Source of the DNA: Chloroflexota bacterium
GTDB lineage: Bacteria > Chloroflexota > Dehalococcoidia > Lucifugimonadales > Lucifugimonadaceae
DNA length: 33,306 bases
Assembly: GCA_036165455.1 (NCBI GenBank)
Contig: JAYZIQ010000035.1
Location: 1 to 33,306, forward strand
Reading direction: 5' to 3'
Shown in pieces: positions 7,940 to 19,100 of this stretch. The translations under genes were made by a program, and so were the position numbers. Positions within the stretch are counted from its first letter, which is position 1. The number at the start of each line of letters is the position of its first letter. Below the pieces are notes generated by a model. It saw only the letters and a program-made list of their open reading frames with translations. It did not search any database and was not told the origin of the DNA.

Positions 7940-8558
7940 CAACAGATGTTCTGTTTTGAAAGGCATTTGATAGAGTGTTAAAGTCAGAATATTCAAGGTC
8001 TGTTCCAGATGCCAGCCCTCTAGCAAGCCTTGTAAGCTTAATATTATTATAGTTTTCAGAAATAATTTTATTTAAGTACATTCCGGTTGCCTCTCCTTCT
8101 AGCGTAGGATTTGTTGCCAAAATTATTTCTTCGGTTTCTCCTTTATTTAACCTTTTCATAAGCTCTTCAATTTTTAATTTCTCAGGACCAACCCCATTTA
8201 TTGGTGATATTGCGCCATGAAGAACGTGGAATGAGCCTTTATGTATTCCTGACATTTCTATGGTGATGGCATCTATCACATTTTCTACAATACAAATTTG
8301 AGTAGAATCTTTTTCGTAGCAGTAGCTACAATTTTCAGAGTTTTTGTCGCTCGTAATAAAACAACAAGTTTTGCAGAAACCAAGATTTTCTTTAACTTCT
8401 AGCAAAGCCTCAGATAATTTTAATGTGTCCTCTTTGTTTTGAGATAAAACAAAATACGATAGCCTTTGAGCTGTTTTGGGTCCTATTCCTGGTAGCGCAG
8501 AAAAAGCAATTATTAATTTTTGTACTTCTACCGGAAGAGAGTTGTTGCTAGAAGTCAT
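7926..8558 (-). CDS. recR: Recombination protein RecR
   Basis: HhH motif LPGIGPKTAQRL, a Cys4 zinc finger (CKTCC...CSYC), a Toprim region (ICIVENVID, ILATNPTLEGEATGMYL) and a LARGLASGTDLEY tail. Confidence 0.95.
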   Translation of the reverse strand: MTSSNNSLPVEVQKLIIAFSALPGIGPKTAQRLSYFVLSQNKEDTLKLSEALLEVKENLGFCKTCCFITSDKNSENCSYCYEKDSTQICIVENVIDAITIEMSGIHKGSFHVLHGAISPINGVGPEKLKIEELMKRLNKGETEEIILATNPTLEGEATGMYLNKIISENYNNIKLTRLARGLASGTDLEYSDFNTLSNAFQNRTSVDEVN

Positions 8559-8561
8559 TTT

Positions 8562-8864
8562 TTAAAATAAGCCAGGGATTTTTATTCCGCCAGTAACCTT
8601 TTTCATTTTTTTCTGGGCAGCTTTATCAGCTTTGCTTGTGGCATCATTTACCGCATCTTTGATAAACTTCTCAACTAAAGACTTATCCTTTTGTTCAAAA
8701 ATTTTTTCTGACACGGTTACCTCTTCAATGGTTTTGCCACCAACCATTTTGATTGATATTCCACCAGACGACCCTTCAGTTTCCATTTTAGCAATTTCTT
8801 CTTGAGCTTCTTTCATCTTTTCTTGCATTTTTTTTGCCTGCTTCATCATTGCATTATTAAACAT
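8562..8864 (-). CDS. ybaB: YbaB/EbfC family nucleoid-associated protein
   Basis: ATG at 8864 is preceded by a strong AAGGAAGG SD. MMKQAKKMQEKMKEAQEEI...GGISIKMVGG...FIKDAVNDA...TGGIKIPGLF is typical of YbaB. It sits in the conserved dnaX-ybaB-recR position. Confidence 0.85.
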   Translation of the reverse strand: MFNNAMMKQAKKMQEKMKEAQEEIAKMETEGSSGGISIKMVGGKTIEEVTVSEKIFEQKDKSLVEKFIKDAVNDATSKADKAAQKKMKKVTGGIKIPGLF

Positions 8865-8877
8865 TTTTGCCTTCCTT

Positions 8878-10410
8878 TTATTTCTTATCTTTAATTTTTG
8901 CACCCATCGAAATAGCGTGCTGAACAATAGGTGTTTTTATTAAAGGATTTTGTTCTTTTTTATCTCCATTAACATTATCTTCAATTAAAATTTCAAGATT
9001 TTCTTTAAAAAAATTATTTATAGTGCTTTGGACCTTTTCTCTAACTTTTCCATTTGATATTTCGTCTAAGAAATTTTGTTTCATGGTTTTACTTTTAAAT
9101 GTTAGAGAAATTTTGCTTTCTTTTATTTCTGGCAAAACAGATTTTAATAGGCCCCCTAGGAAATATTTGTCTCCCTTTTCTCTTCTGAGTGCAGAACAAA
9201 CCTCATCCCACTCTTTTTTAAAGGCAGGCCCCTTGGCTTCTACACTTTCTGGCGCAGTTTCTTGTTGAGGAGCAGGCCCCTTGGCTTCTACACTTTCTGG
9301 CGCAGTTTCTTGTTGAGGCCTTCCGAGCAAACAAGCATCAATTATTGCTAACTCTAAACTTATAGGGGGGTATTCGTTAGAAGGGACATTAGCATTTAAA
9401 ATAACAGAAGTTACCGAACCAAGATCTTTTAATGAATATTTTTTAGATAGCTCTGAATATTTCATTATTGTATGCTCTGTCTCTTCTAAAAGGCTGGAAA
9501 GACTATTTTTTGTGTATATTAAGCCCCTTAAATTTTTCAGAAGCCTATCTTTTATCATTTTAGGGTCAGTGCCATTATTAATTTCATTTTGAATAAGCGA
9601 CAAAACTTTATCAGGCTCTTTGTCTAATATTAAGGAAAGAATTTCTAAAGAAGAGGAAAGGGACCCAACCCCTAAAAACTTTATAAGATGCTCTTCGTTT
9701 ATATCATCCTCCCCAATAGATGAAATTTGTTGCAAAAGGTTTTCGGCATCTCTTAGGCTTCCTGAGGAATTAACAGATATCAGATCTAGTGCAGGACCAT
9801 CAATTAGAATATTTTCATCTTTGGCGATAAGAGATAAGTGGCTTGAAATCTCCTTATGATTTATCCTTTTGAAGTCAAATCGTTGGCATCTAGAAATTAT
9901 AGTTAGGGGAAGCGAGTCAACTTCTGTTGTTGCAAGAATAATAACCACATTTTCCGGAGGCTCTTCTAAAAGTTTTAAAAAGGCTTGCTGTGCAGGCCCA
10001 GTTAGCCCATGAGCCTCATCGATTATATAAACTTTTTTAGAACCAATATTAGGAGCAAACAGAGCCTTCTCTTTTATATCCCTTATATCATCTATGCTCC
10101 TATTTGATGCTGCATCAATTTCAATCAAATCAATCATAGATCCAGCATTCATTGATGAACAAATTTCACAAAACTTTCTTGTTCCAGCCTCTTGCATATT
10201 GCAGTTGGGGGAATTAGTGCAATTTAATGCTTTTGCTAAGATTCTAGCGGTTGTGGTTTTGCCAACACCCCTAGGGCCTGAAAAAAGATAAGAGTGACTC
10301 GTATTAGATTGATCAATAGCATTTTTAAGGGTCTGCGTTACGTGTTCTTGCCCAACAATCTCATTAAATGTTAGAGGTCTCCATTTTTGATATAAAACTC
10401 TATTGTCCAT
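8878..10410 (-). CDS. dnaX: DNA polymerase III subunit gamma/tau
   Basis: YQKWRPLTFNEIVGQEHV, Walker A GPRGVGKTTTARILAK, a zinc module, DEAH (IIDEAHGLT) and SRCQRFDF. It contains a 48-bp tandem duplication in the linker. Confidence 0.95.
   Translation of the reverse strand: MDNRVLYQKWRPLTFNEIVGQEHVTQTLKNAIDQSNTSHSYLFSGPRGVGKTTTARILAKALNCTNSPNCNMQEAGTRKFCEICSSMNAGSMIDLIEIDAASNRSIDDIRDIKEKALFAPNIGSKKVYIIDEAHGLTGPAQQAFLKLLEEPPENVVIILATTEVDSLPLTIISRCQRFDFKRINHKEISSHLSLIAKDENILIDGPALDLISVNSSGSLRDAENLLQQISSIGEDDINEEHLIKFLGVGSLSSSLEILSLILDKEPDKVLSLIQNEINNGTDPKMIKDRLLKNLRGLIYTKNSLSSLLEETEHTIMKYSELSKKYSLKDLGSVTSVILNANVPSNEYPPISLELAIIDACLLGRPQQETAPESVEAKGPAPQQETAPESVEAKGPAFKKEWDEVCSALRREKGDKYFLGGLLKSVLPEIKESKISLTFKSKTMKQNFLDEISNGKVREKVQSTINNFFKENLEILIEDNVNGDKKEQNPLIKTPIVQHAISMGAKIKDKK
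9224..9318. repeat. 48-bp tandem duplication (two copies, identical over 47 bp) inside dnaX, encoding PQQETAPESVEAKGPA twice
   Basis: gcaggccccttggcttctacactttctggcgcagtttcttgttgagg occurs at 9224-9270 and again at 9272-9318. Confidence 0.95.
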
Positions 10411-10921
10411 TTCTGCTTTCTAATGATAGTTTAGCTTTTAAGTGGTCTAATTTTAAGTGTTTTATAATTTCAACGGTTTTAATTATCATTTTCTTTTTCA
10501 TCATTTTGTTCTTATGGTCGTAACCTAGGAGGTGCAAGACTCCATGAGCAAGAATAATATTTAATTCTAATTCAATCCCAGTTTTATGTGTTCTTGCCTG
10601 CTCTTTTATTTTAGGAAAGGATATAAATATGTCTCCTAAATATTTAAGATCTTCATAACCATTAATGTCCTTGCTGATTATCTTTCCTTCGCTCCAATTA
10701 TTATTAAAGGGAAATGCCAGAACGTCAGTAGGCCCCTTTTTGCCCAAGAAAGTATTATTAAGCTCCTCTAATTTTTCATTAGAAGTTATAGATAAAGAAA
10801 CCGATTCATCATAATTATCCAAAGCTCCGTGATCAATAGAAGACATAATGCAATTTCTTAAATTTTTCTTATTTGTGCTTTTTTTAAAGTCTTGGTCTAT
10901 GGAAATTAGAATTTTATTCAT
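10400..10921 (-). CDS. ybeY: rRNA maturation endoribonuclease YbeY
   Basis: Zinc-binding motif HGVLHLLGYDH, about 173 aa. It has an ATGA overlap with the upstream ORF and an 11-nt overlap with dnaX. Confidence 0.9.
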   Translation of the reverse strand: MNKILISIDQDFKKSTNKKNLRNCIMSSIDHGALDNYDESVSLSITSNEKLEELNNTFLGKKGPTDVLAFPFNNNWSEGKIISKDINGYEDLKYLGDIFISFPKIKEQARTHKTGIELELNIILAHGVLHLLGYDHKNKMMKKKMIIKTVEIIKHLKLDHLKAKLSLESRNGQ

Positions 10922-11241
10922 TGTTTTAAATCAACTATCAAATTAGAATCTTCTTTAATTATTTTATATTTTGAGGTTAGCAACATCATCTGTTTATTGT
11001 ATTCAGAAATTTCGTTTAACTCATTAAGGCATTGCCTGATGTAATAATTTATTTCTTTCCTATCAAACCTTTTAACTTCTAAATAAGTTATAAAATTAAT
11101 TAAATTGGGTATTACAATTTCTGATAGTTTAGCTTTTATGGATCTATTCTCAATTGAATAAGATAACATCTCAGTTTCCAGTAACACCTTTTTTGCCTCT
11201 TGTATGTAATTTTCAAGTCTTTTAGAATTTAATTCATTCAT
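10918..11241 (-). CDS. Hypothetical helical protein (107 aa), first gene of the ybeY-dnaX array
   Basis: ATG start, TGA stop in an ATGA overlap with ybeY, and codon usage like its neighbours. I recognise no motif. Confidence 0.5.
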   Translation of the reverse strand: MNELNSKRLENYIQEAKKVLLETEMLSYSIENRSIKAKLSEIVIPNLINFITYLEVKRFDRKEINYYIRQCLNELNEISEYNKQMMLLTSKYKIIKEDSNLIVDLKQ

Positions 11242-11271
11242 AGATAAAAATTTGTTTAAGGGGTATTTTAC

Positions 11272-11595
11272 ATGAAAAGAGTAGGTTTTATATTTAAGGT
11301 TAAAGAATCAAAAATCGATGAATACAAAAAACATCATAAAGAAGTTTGGCCTGAGATGTTGAGTGCATTAAGAAAAAATGGATGGAGAAACTATTCAATT
11401 TTTTTAAAGCCAGACGGGACTTTATTTGGTTATTTTGAAGCTGAAAAAAGTTTTAAAGACTCACTTCAAGGAATGGAAAGAGAAGAAATTAATTCAAAGT
11501 GGCAGGAATTTATGAAGCCTTATTTTGAAGATATTAATGAAAGCAGGCCCGATGAATCCATGGTAGAGCTAGAAGAAGTTTTTCATACGGATTAA
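11272..11595 (+). CDS. rhaM: L-rhamnose mutarotase (RhaM/YiiL family)
   Basis: 107 aa with an AAGGGG SD. Colinear by eye with E. coli YiiL (...EYKKHHKEVWPEML..L...G..NYSIFL...LFGYFE...W...M..YF......P....ELEEVFH). Confidence 0.8.
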   Translation: MKRVGFIFKVKESKIDEYKKHHKEVWPEMLSALRKNGWRNYSIFLKPDGTLFGYFEAEKSFKDSLQGMEREEINSKWQEFMKPYFEDINESRPDESMVELEEVFHTD

Positions 11596-11601
11596 GAACG
11601 G

Positions 11602-14110
<2,509 letters not shown>

Positions 14111-14181
14111 AAATATTCATTATTTATTATATAATTATCCCAACTACAAATCTTTAAATATTAGATACTAAATAATACAAA

Positions 14182-15171
14182 ATGATAAGCAAAGAAAAGC
14201 AATTCTTAATGTTAGCCCGAATGATAAGAATTCGTTTGTTTGAGTCTGCTTTGATAGAGTGCCAGAAGTCTGGAGAAATAGTGGGCAGTCTTCACACTTA
14301 TATTGGAGAAGAAGCTGTGGCGGTCGGTTCTTGTGTAGCACTGAATGATGATGATTATATAGCTGGAAACCATCGCTCCCATGGACACCCCATAGCTAAA
14401 GGCGGAGATATCAATAAAGCTATGGCAGAAATATTTGGTAAGCGGGATGGTTATTGTAAAGGTAAAGGGGGCTCAATGCATTTAGCTGATTTCTCTATAG
14501 GTATTCTTGGAGAATCTGGAATAGTTGCTTCTTCAGTGCCAGTTGCAACAGGGGCAGCCTTAGCCTCAAAATTAAAAAATAAAGATTTTATATCATTAGT
14601 ATTTTTTGGGGATGGAGCTTCAAATCAGGGCGCATGTCATGAATCAATGAACTTGGCAGCTTTATGGAAGCTTCCAGTAATATTTGTTTGTGAAAATAAT
14701 CAGTTTGCTGTTACTACTTCATACAAAGATTCTGTTTCAGTAGACCATATATCTGATAGAGCTTCTGCATATGGAATGCCAGGCGTATTAGTAGATGGCC
14801 AAGATGCTCTAGCAATGTATGAAGCTACAAGTGTAGCAGTAGAGAGGGCTCGTAGCGGCGAAGGCCCAACACTTATTGAAGGATTAACTTATAGGTATGA
14901 GGACCACTCTCTAGGATTAGCCTCAGTCCGAAGAGATCAGTCATATCGAAGCGATGAGGAAGTTGAAAAATGGAGAAAAAGAGATCCCATTGAAGTGTTG
15001 AAGAGTAATATGATTAAACAAGAAATAATCACACAAAAAGAATTTGATCAGATTGAAGAAAAAGAAAAAATATCAGTAGAAAAAGCAGTTGATTTTGCAA
15101 GAAGAAGCCCATTTCCTGCACCTGAAGAATTGTATGATGATCTCTTCACAGATCCAATAGAATATGCATAA
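14182..15171 (+). CDS. acoA: TPP-dependent 2-oxo acid / acetoin dehydrogenase E1 alpha subunit (AcoA-type)
   Basis: YIGEEAVAVG, HRSHGHPIAKG, and the TPP motif GDGASNQG...ENNQFA. It is the first gene of the E1a/E1b/E2 set. Confidence 0.8.
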   Translation: MISKEKQFLMLARMIRIRLFESALIECQKSGEIVGSLHTYIGEEAVAVGSCVALNDDDYIAGNHRSHGHPIAKGGDINKAMAEIFGKRDGYCKGKGGSMHLADFSIGILGESGIVASSVPVATGAALASKLKNKDFISLVFFGDGASNQGACHESMNLAALWKLPVIFVCENNQFAVTTSYKDSVSVDHISDRASAYGMPGVLVDGQDALAMYEATSVAVERARSGEGPTLIEGLTYRYEDHSLGLASVRRDQSYRSDEEVEKWRKRDPIEVLKSNMIKQEIITQKEFDQIEEKEKISVEKAVDFARRSPFPAPEELYDDLFTDPIEYA

Positions 15172-15185
15172 ATGGAGAAAATAAA

Positions 15186-16160
15186 TTGAAAAATATTATG
15201 TACGTAGAAGCTCTTAATGAGGCCATTTTTGAAGAAATGAAAAGAGATGATGCAGTTTATTATATGGGTGAAGATGTAAGAGCATCAATTTATGGAGCTT
15301 CAAAGGGGCTTTTTGAGGCATACGGAGAAAACAGAGTTCTGGATACTCCCTTATCAGAAAATGGCTTCATTGGCGCAGCTGTTGGCTCTAGTCTTGTTGG
15401 TATGAGGCCAATTGTTGAAACTTTAACTAGTTTTATGTGGGTTGCTATGGATCAACTAATTAGCCAGCTCGCAAAAATGAAATATATGTTTGGGGGCCAA
15501 GCTTCATTGCCCGTCACAATTAGAGCAGTTATGTATTATAATGGTGGAGCTTCCGAACATCATTCTGACATAAGCTACCCAATGTTTATGAATATGCCTG
15601 GAATAAAGGTAATTGTGCCTACTTTTCCTGAAGATGCAAAAGGTTTAATGAAAACTGCTGTAAGAGATAATGATCCTTGCATTATTTTTGAGGATGGCAA
15701 TCTTGGCGGAGTTAAAGGAGATGTTCCAGATAATAAGGACAAAGAACTTTTAATTCCTTTTGGAAAAGGAAAATTATTGAGAGAAGGCACTGACTGTACC
15801 GTTGTAGGAATAGCAGGAGGAAATATTCATGCGCTGAATGCAGCAGAAACTCTTGAAAAGGATGGCATATCTGTTGAAGTAATAGACCCAAGAACACTTG
15901 TCCCTCTAGACAAGGAAATAATTTTAAATTCTGTTGAAAAAACCGGAAGATTAGTTGTTGTGGACCCAGCTCATAAAGTGTGCAGTGCTGCAAGTGAAAT
16001 AATTTCAATCGTGAGCGAACAAGGTTTCTGGAACTTGCAAGCTCCTCCAGCTAAAGTTGCAGCAGAACAAGTTCATATACCTTTCACTCAAGCTTTAGAG
16101 CCACTTATATTTCCAACAGAAGAAAAAATAATGAATGCTGTGAAAGGCACGCTTGAATAG
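15186..16160 (+). CDS. acoB: 2-oxo acid / acetoin dehydrogenase E1 beta subunit (AcoB-type)
   Basis: TTG at 15186 lies 8 nt after a GGAG SD (the ATG at 15198 has none). Typical E1-beta / transketolase-C pattern: YVEALNEAIFEEMKRDD..V..MGEDV, DTPLSENGFIG. Confidence 0.8.
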   Translation: MKNIMYVEALNEAIFEEMKRDDAVYYMGEDVRASIYGASKGLFEAYGENRVLDTPLSENGFIGAAVGSSLVGMRPIVETLTSFMWVAMDQLISQLAKMKYMFGGQASLPVTIRAVMYYNGGASEHHSDISYPMFMNMPGIKVIVPTFPEDAKGLMKTAVRDNDPCIIFEDGNLGGVKGDVPDNKDKELLIPFGKGKLLREGTDCTVVGIAGGNIHALNAAETLEKDGISVEVIDPRTLVPLDKEIILNSVEKTGRLVVVDPAHKVCSAASEIISIVSEQGFWNLQAPPAKVAAEQVHIPFTQALEPLIFPTEEKIMNAVKGTLE

Positions 16161-16168
16161 AGTTACTT

Positions 16169-17317
16169 ATGGCTACTAATGTATATCTTCCACAATGGGG
16201 CATGGGCATGAATGATGCAACGATTATAAAGTGGTTGATAAAAGAAGGTGATGTAGTAAAAAAGGGAGACCAATTAGTGGAGGTAGAATCTTCAAAGGTT
16301 AATGCCGAGATAGAAAGCCCGGAAGATGGAAAAATTGGAAAAATTATTTATAAAGAAGGTGAAGTAGCAAAAGTTGGAGAAGTTCTCGCAATAATACTAG
16401 CAGAAGGTGAATCTTTATCGGAAGAATCCCAGCCTGAACCCAGTGACCATAGCACCTCTGAACCCAATGACCAGAAAATAACAAGAAAAACAAAGGATTC
16501 TGTTCAGATAACCCCAAGAGCAAGAAAGCTTGCCAGAGATTTAAACATAGACATTTCATTGATTAGGGGCACAGGACCAAATGGAAGAATATTAGACGAT
16601 GATGTAAAAAAATTTAATTCAGATAGCCCTAAATCTTCTCAGTCATCTGGAGCCATGACGGGCACGAGAAAAGTAATTGCTAAAAGAATGTCCCAGAGTA
16701 ATGAAATACCTTCGGTTACATTGATATCAAAAGTTTCATTGGATAAATTTAATGAGTACCAAAATTCATTAGTTTCTAAATGGAGACAAGAAAAAATAAG
16801 GCCTACCGCACAGGATTTATTAATAAAATGCTTAAGCAATGCAATTGAAAAACATCCAATATTTAATTCTCATTATTTAAATGATGATATAAAAACTTTT
16901 AAAGAAATTAATATAGGCTATGCTTTTGCGGCAAAACAAGGCCTGGTTGTTCCAGTAATAAAAAATACAGAAAATAAATCAATAATTGAGATCGCTAAAG
17001 TTATTAGAGAATATTCAAAAATTGAAAAAACAGGTTTTAAATCTGAGCATTTTATAGATGGAACTTTTTCAATCACGAATCTTTCCTCAACAGTAGTTGA
17101 TTATTTTGATCCTTTAATTAACCCTCCTCAAGTAGGAATCTTGGGAATAGGAAGAACTTCAAGTGAACCTTTTTATGACCAAGGTAAGCTGAAAGAAAGA
17201 AAAATAGTATTTATTAGCCTTACTTTTGATCATAGGGTTGTAGATGGCTACCCTGCCGCAAAGTTCTTAGAAGAAATAATTAAAAATATTAATGAACCTT
17301 CTAATATTGATGGATAA
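16169..17317 (+). CDS. acoC: Dihydrolipoamide acyltransferase E2 (lipoyl domain, subunit-binding domain, catalytic domain)
   Basis: Lipoyl-lysine context VESSKVNAEIESPEDG, subunit-binding domain ITPRARKLARDLNIDISLIRGTGPNGRI, and catalytic motif DHRVVDG. Confidence 0.82.
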   Translation: MATNVYLPQWGMGMNDATIIKWLIKEGDVVKKGDQLVEVESSKVNAEIESPEDGKIGKIIYKEGEVAKVGEVLAIILAEGESLSEESQPEPSDHSTSEPNDQKITRKTKDSVQITPRARKLARDLNIDISLIRGTGPNGRILDDDVKKFNSDSPKSSQSSGAMTGTRKVIAKRMSQSNEIPSVTLISKVSLDKFNEYQNSLVSKWRQEKIRPTAQDLLIKCLSNAIEKHPIFNSHYLNDDIKTFKEINIGYAFAAKQGLVVPVIKNTENKSIIEIAKVIREYSKIEKTGFKSEHFIDGTFSITNLSSTVVDYFDPLINPPQVGILGIGRTSSEPFYDQGKLKERKIVFISLTFDHRVVDGYPAAKFLEEIIKNINEPSNIDG

Positions 17318-18290
17318 CAATAGAGACTTTTCATCAGTTGGAATTATTGCAAACCCTTTGTCAGGAAAAGATATAAGAAGATTGGTTGCAAGCGCTTCTG
17401 TGGTTTCAACACACATGAAATCCAATGAGATTTTAAAATTATATTCTGGGCTAGTTGCTTATGGCATTAAGAAAGTTTATGTTATGCCTGATTATAGCGA
17501 TATTTCTAGAAGAGCAAGAGAAAAATATTTAGGCCAAATCGAAACATTGGTCATGCACACAAAAATATTAGATGCAGAAGAAACTACAATTCAAGTTGCA
17601 AAAGAAATGGAAGTCAATAAAGTAGGGTGTATTATTGTTTTTGGTGGTGACGGAACATGTAGGTTAGTGTCAAAATATGTAAAAGAAACCCCTATTCTCC
17701 CAGTTTCTACTGGAACCAACAATTTGTTCCCATTAAATTTAGAGGGAACTATTGCTGGAATTGCGGCAGCTAAATTTTGTTCATTAAAAAATATAGAGAA
17801 ATATTGTAAAAGAGAAAAAAAATTAGAAATTTATGAGAATAGTAATTTAATTGACTCGTCTTTAGTAGATGTTGTTATTTCTAGAACTCCTTATATTGGA
17901 TCGAGAGCAATTTGGGATATAAAAAACATTGATGAAATTTTTATATCTAAAGTTAGGCATGATGGCATAGGTTTTTCTTCAATTGGGCATTCTTTATTAA
18001 AAAAGGATTTAGATTTTAATGAAGGTGTACACATTTCTTTAGGCGAGAATGATTATGGTAATCCTCAAAAAATAATTTCAGCTATAGCCCCAGGAAAAAT
18101 TGAAGAGATAGAAATTCTAGGATGGAAAAAATTTGATAATAATAAGAATATAAGTATTAAATTATCCTCAGGAACTGTAGCATTAGATGGTGAGAGAACA
18201 ATTGAGTTTAACTCTTCTCAAAAAATAAGTGTTAAATTAAATATTGATGGGCCTTATTGCCTAAAAGTAAAGGAAATATTATCAACTTAG
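17292..18290 (+). CDS. NAD-kinase / diacylglycerol-kinase-like (GGDGT) superfamily protein in the position occupied by acoX in characterised aco operons
   Basis: GIIANPLSGK, IIVFGGDGTCRLV and PILPVSTGTNNLFP. The start is ATG 17292 or ATG 17310 (the latter overlaps the E2 stop by 8 nt). The AcoX label rests on context only. Confidence 0.6.
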   Translation: MNLLILMDNNRDFSSVGIIANPLSGKDIRRLVASASVVSTHMKSNEILKLYSGLVAYGIKKVYVMPDYSDISRRAREKYLGQIETLVMHTKILDAEETTIQVAKEMEVNKVGCIIVFGGDGTCRLVSKYVKETPILPVSTGTNNLFPLNLEGTIAGIAAAKFCSLKNIEKYCKREKKLEIYENSNLIDSSLVDVVISRTPYIGSRAIWDIKNIDEIFISKVRHDGIGFSSIGHSLLKKDLDFNEGVHISLGENDYGNPQKIISAIAPGKIEEIEILGWKKFDNNKNISIKLSSGTVALDGERTIEFNSSQKISVKLNIDGPYCLKVKEILST

Positions 18291-19075
18291 AAGCAAAAAT
18301 TTGTATAGAAGCAGTTGAAAAGGCAGGAAAAGAACTGAAAGCCTTTCAAGAAAAAAATGTTATTTCTAATATAAAAAAATGGAATAAGCATGAGGCAGGC
18401 CTAGTAACTGAGGCAGACTTAATTTCAGAAAAAATTATAATCGAAACAATCAAGTCTAAATCTTCATTTCCTATACTTTCAGAAGAATCTTCAGAGAAGT
18501 TTTCTTTTGCTGATAATGAAATTTTTTGGGCCGTAGACCCTTTATGCGGAACGGTTCCATTTAGTAATTCTATGGAAACCTGGGGCTTAACTGTCTCTTT
18601 CTTTTCTTCTGACCATTCTTCAGTTGGCGCTATAATGTGTCCTTCATCAAACGAAATTATTTATTGTGATGAAAAGAATGTTTATAAAGATGGAGTTATT
18701 TTAACCCCAAAACCTAATTTTCCAGAAATAGATGATATGACGATATGCTTAGAAATAGAGTCTGGAAGAAATTGGGTGGATTTATTCAAAGACAAATTAG
18801 ATTGGATAAAAAATTTTTCATATGTGAATTCTTTTGCTTCAGCGGTTTATCCTGGAGCTCAGATAATTAAAGGAAATTTGCCCATTATGGCTATTTATAA
18901 AATTTCTATAGAACATATCGGGGCATTAATATTAATAGGAAATAAATTAGGAATTAAGTCTACTGACGCCGAAGGGAATGAAATTAATGTGAATGATTTT
19001 AAAAACAATACGCCTGAATGGTTCATATATGGATGGCCTGATGCTCACGACAAATTAATGAATAAAATAAAGTAA
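18257..19075 (+). CDS. Inositol-monophosphatase (FIG) fold protein with degenerate metal-binding motifs
   Basis: LVTEADLISEKII, PILSEES, and WAVDPLCGT where the family has W.IDPLDGT. The start is uncertain: TTG 18257 overlaps the upstream gene by 34 nt, and there is no in-frame ATG near the N-terminus. Confidence 0.65.
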   Translation: MPKSKGNIINLEAKICIEAVEKAGKELKAFQEKNVISNIKKWNKHEAGLVTEADLISEKIIIETIKSKSSFPILSEESSEKFSFADNEIFWAVDPLCGTVPFSNSMETWGLTVSFFSSDHSSVGAIMCPSSNEIIYCDEKNVYKDGVILTPKPNFPEIDDMTICLEIESGRNWVDLFKDKLDWIKNFSYVNSFASAVYPGAQIIKGNLPIMAIYKISIEHIGALILIGNKLGIKSTDAEGNEINVNDFKNNTPEWFIYGWPDAHDKLMNKIK

Positions 19076-19100
19076 TAAAAAATTAGAAGAGAGGAAACAA

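Noticed and set aside
7940-8026. N-terminal extensions suggested by the longest ORFs: recO to 8026, ybaB to 8927, the protease to 24136, uvrA to 7200
   Set aside because: The extensions run deep into the upstream genes and lack family similarity. The internal ATGs (7939, 8864 with an AAGGAAGG SD, 24232 with the signal peptide, 7185) give canonical N-termini.
8951-8966. A-rich run (GAT AAA AAA GAA on the coding strand) as a dnaX -1 frameshift site for a gamma subunit
   Set aside because: It lies about 25 codons from the C-terminus and is not in the X-XXY-YYZ register, so it cannot generate a gamma-like truncated product.
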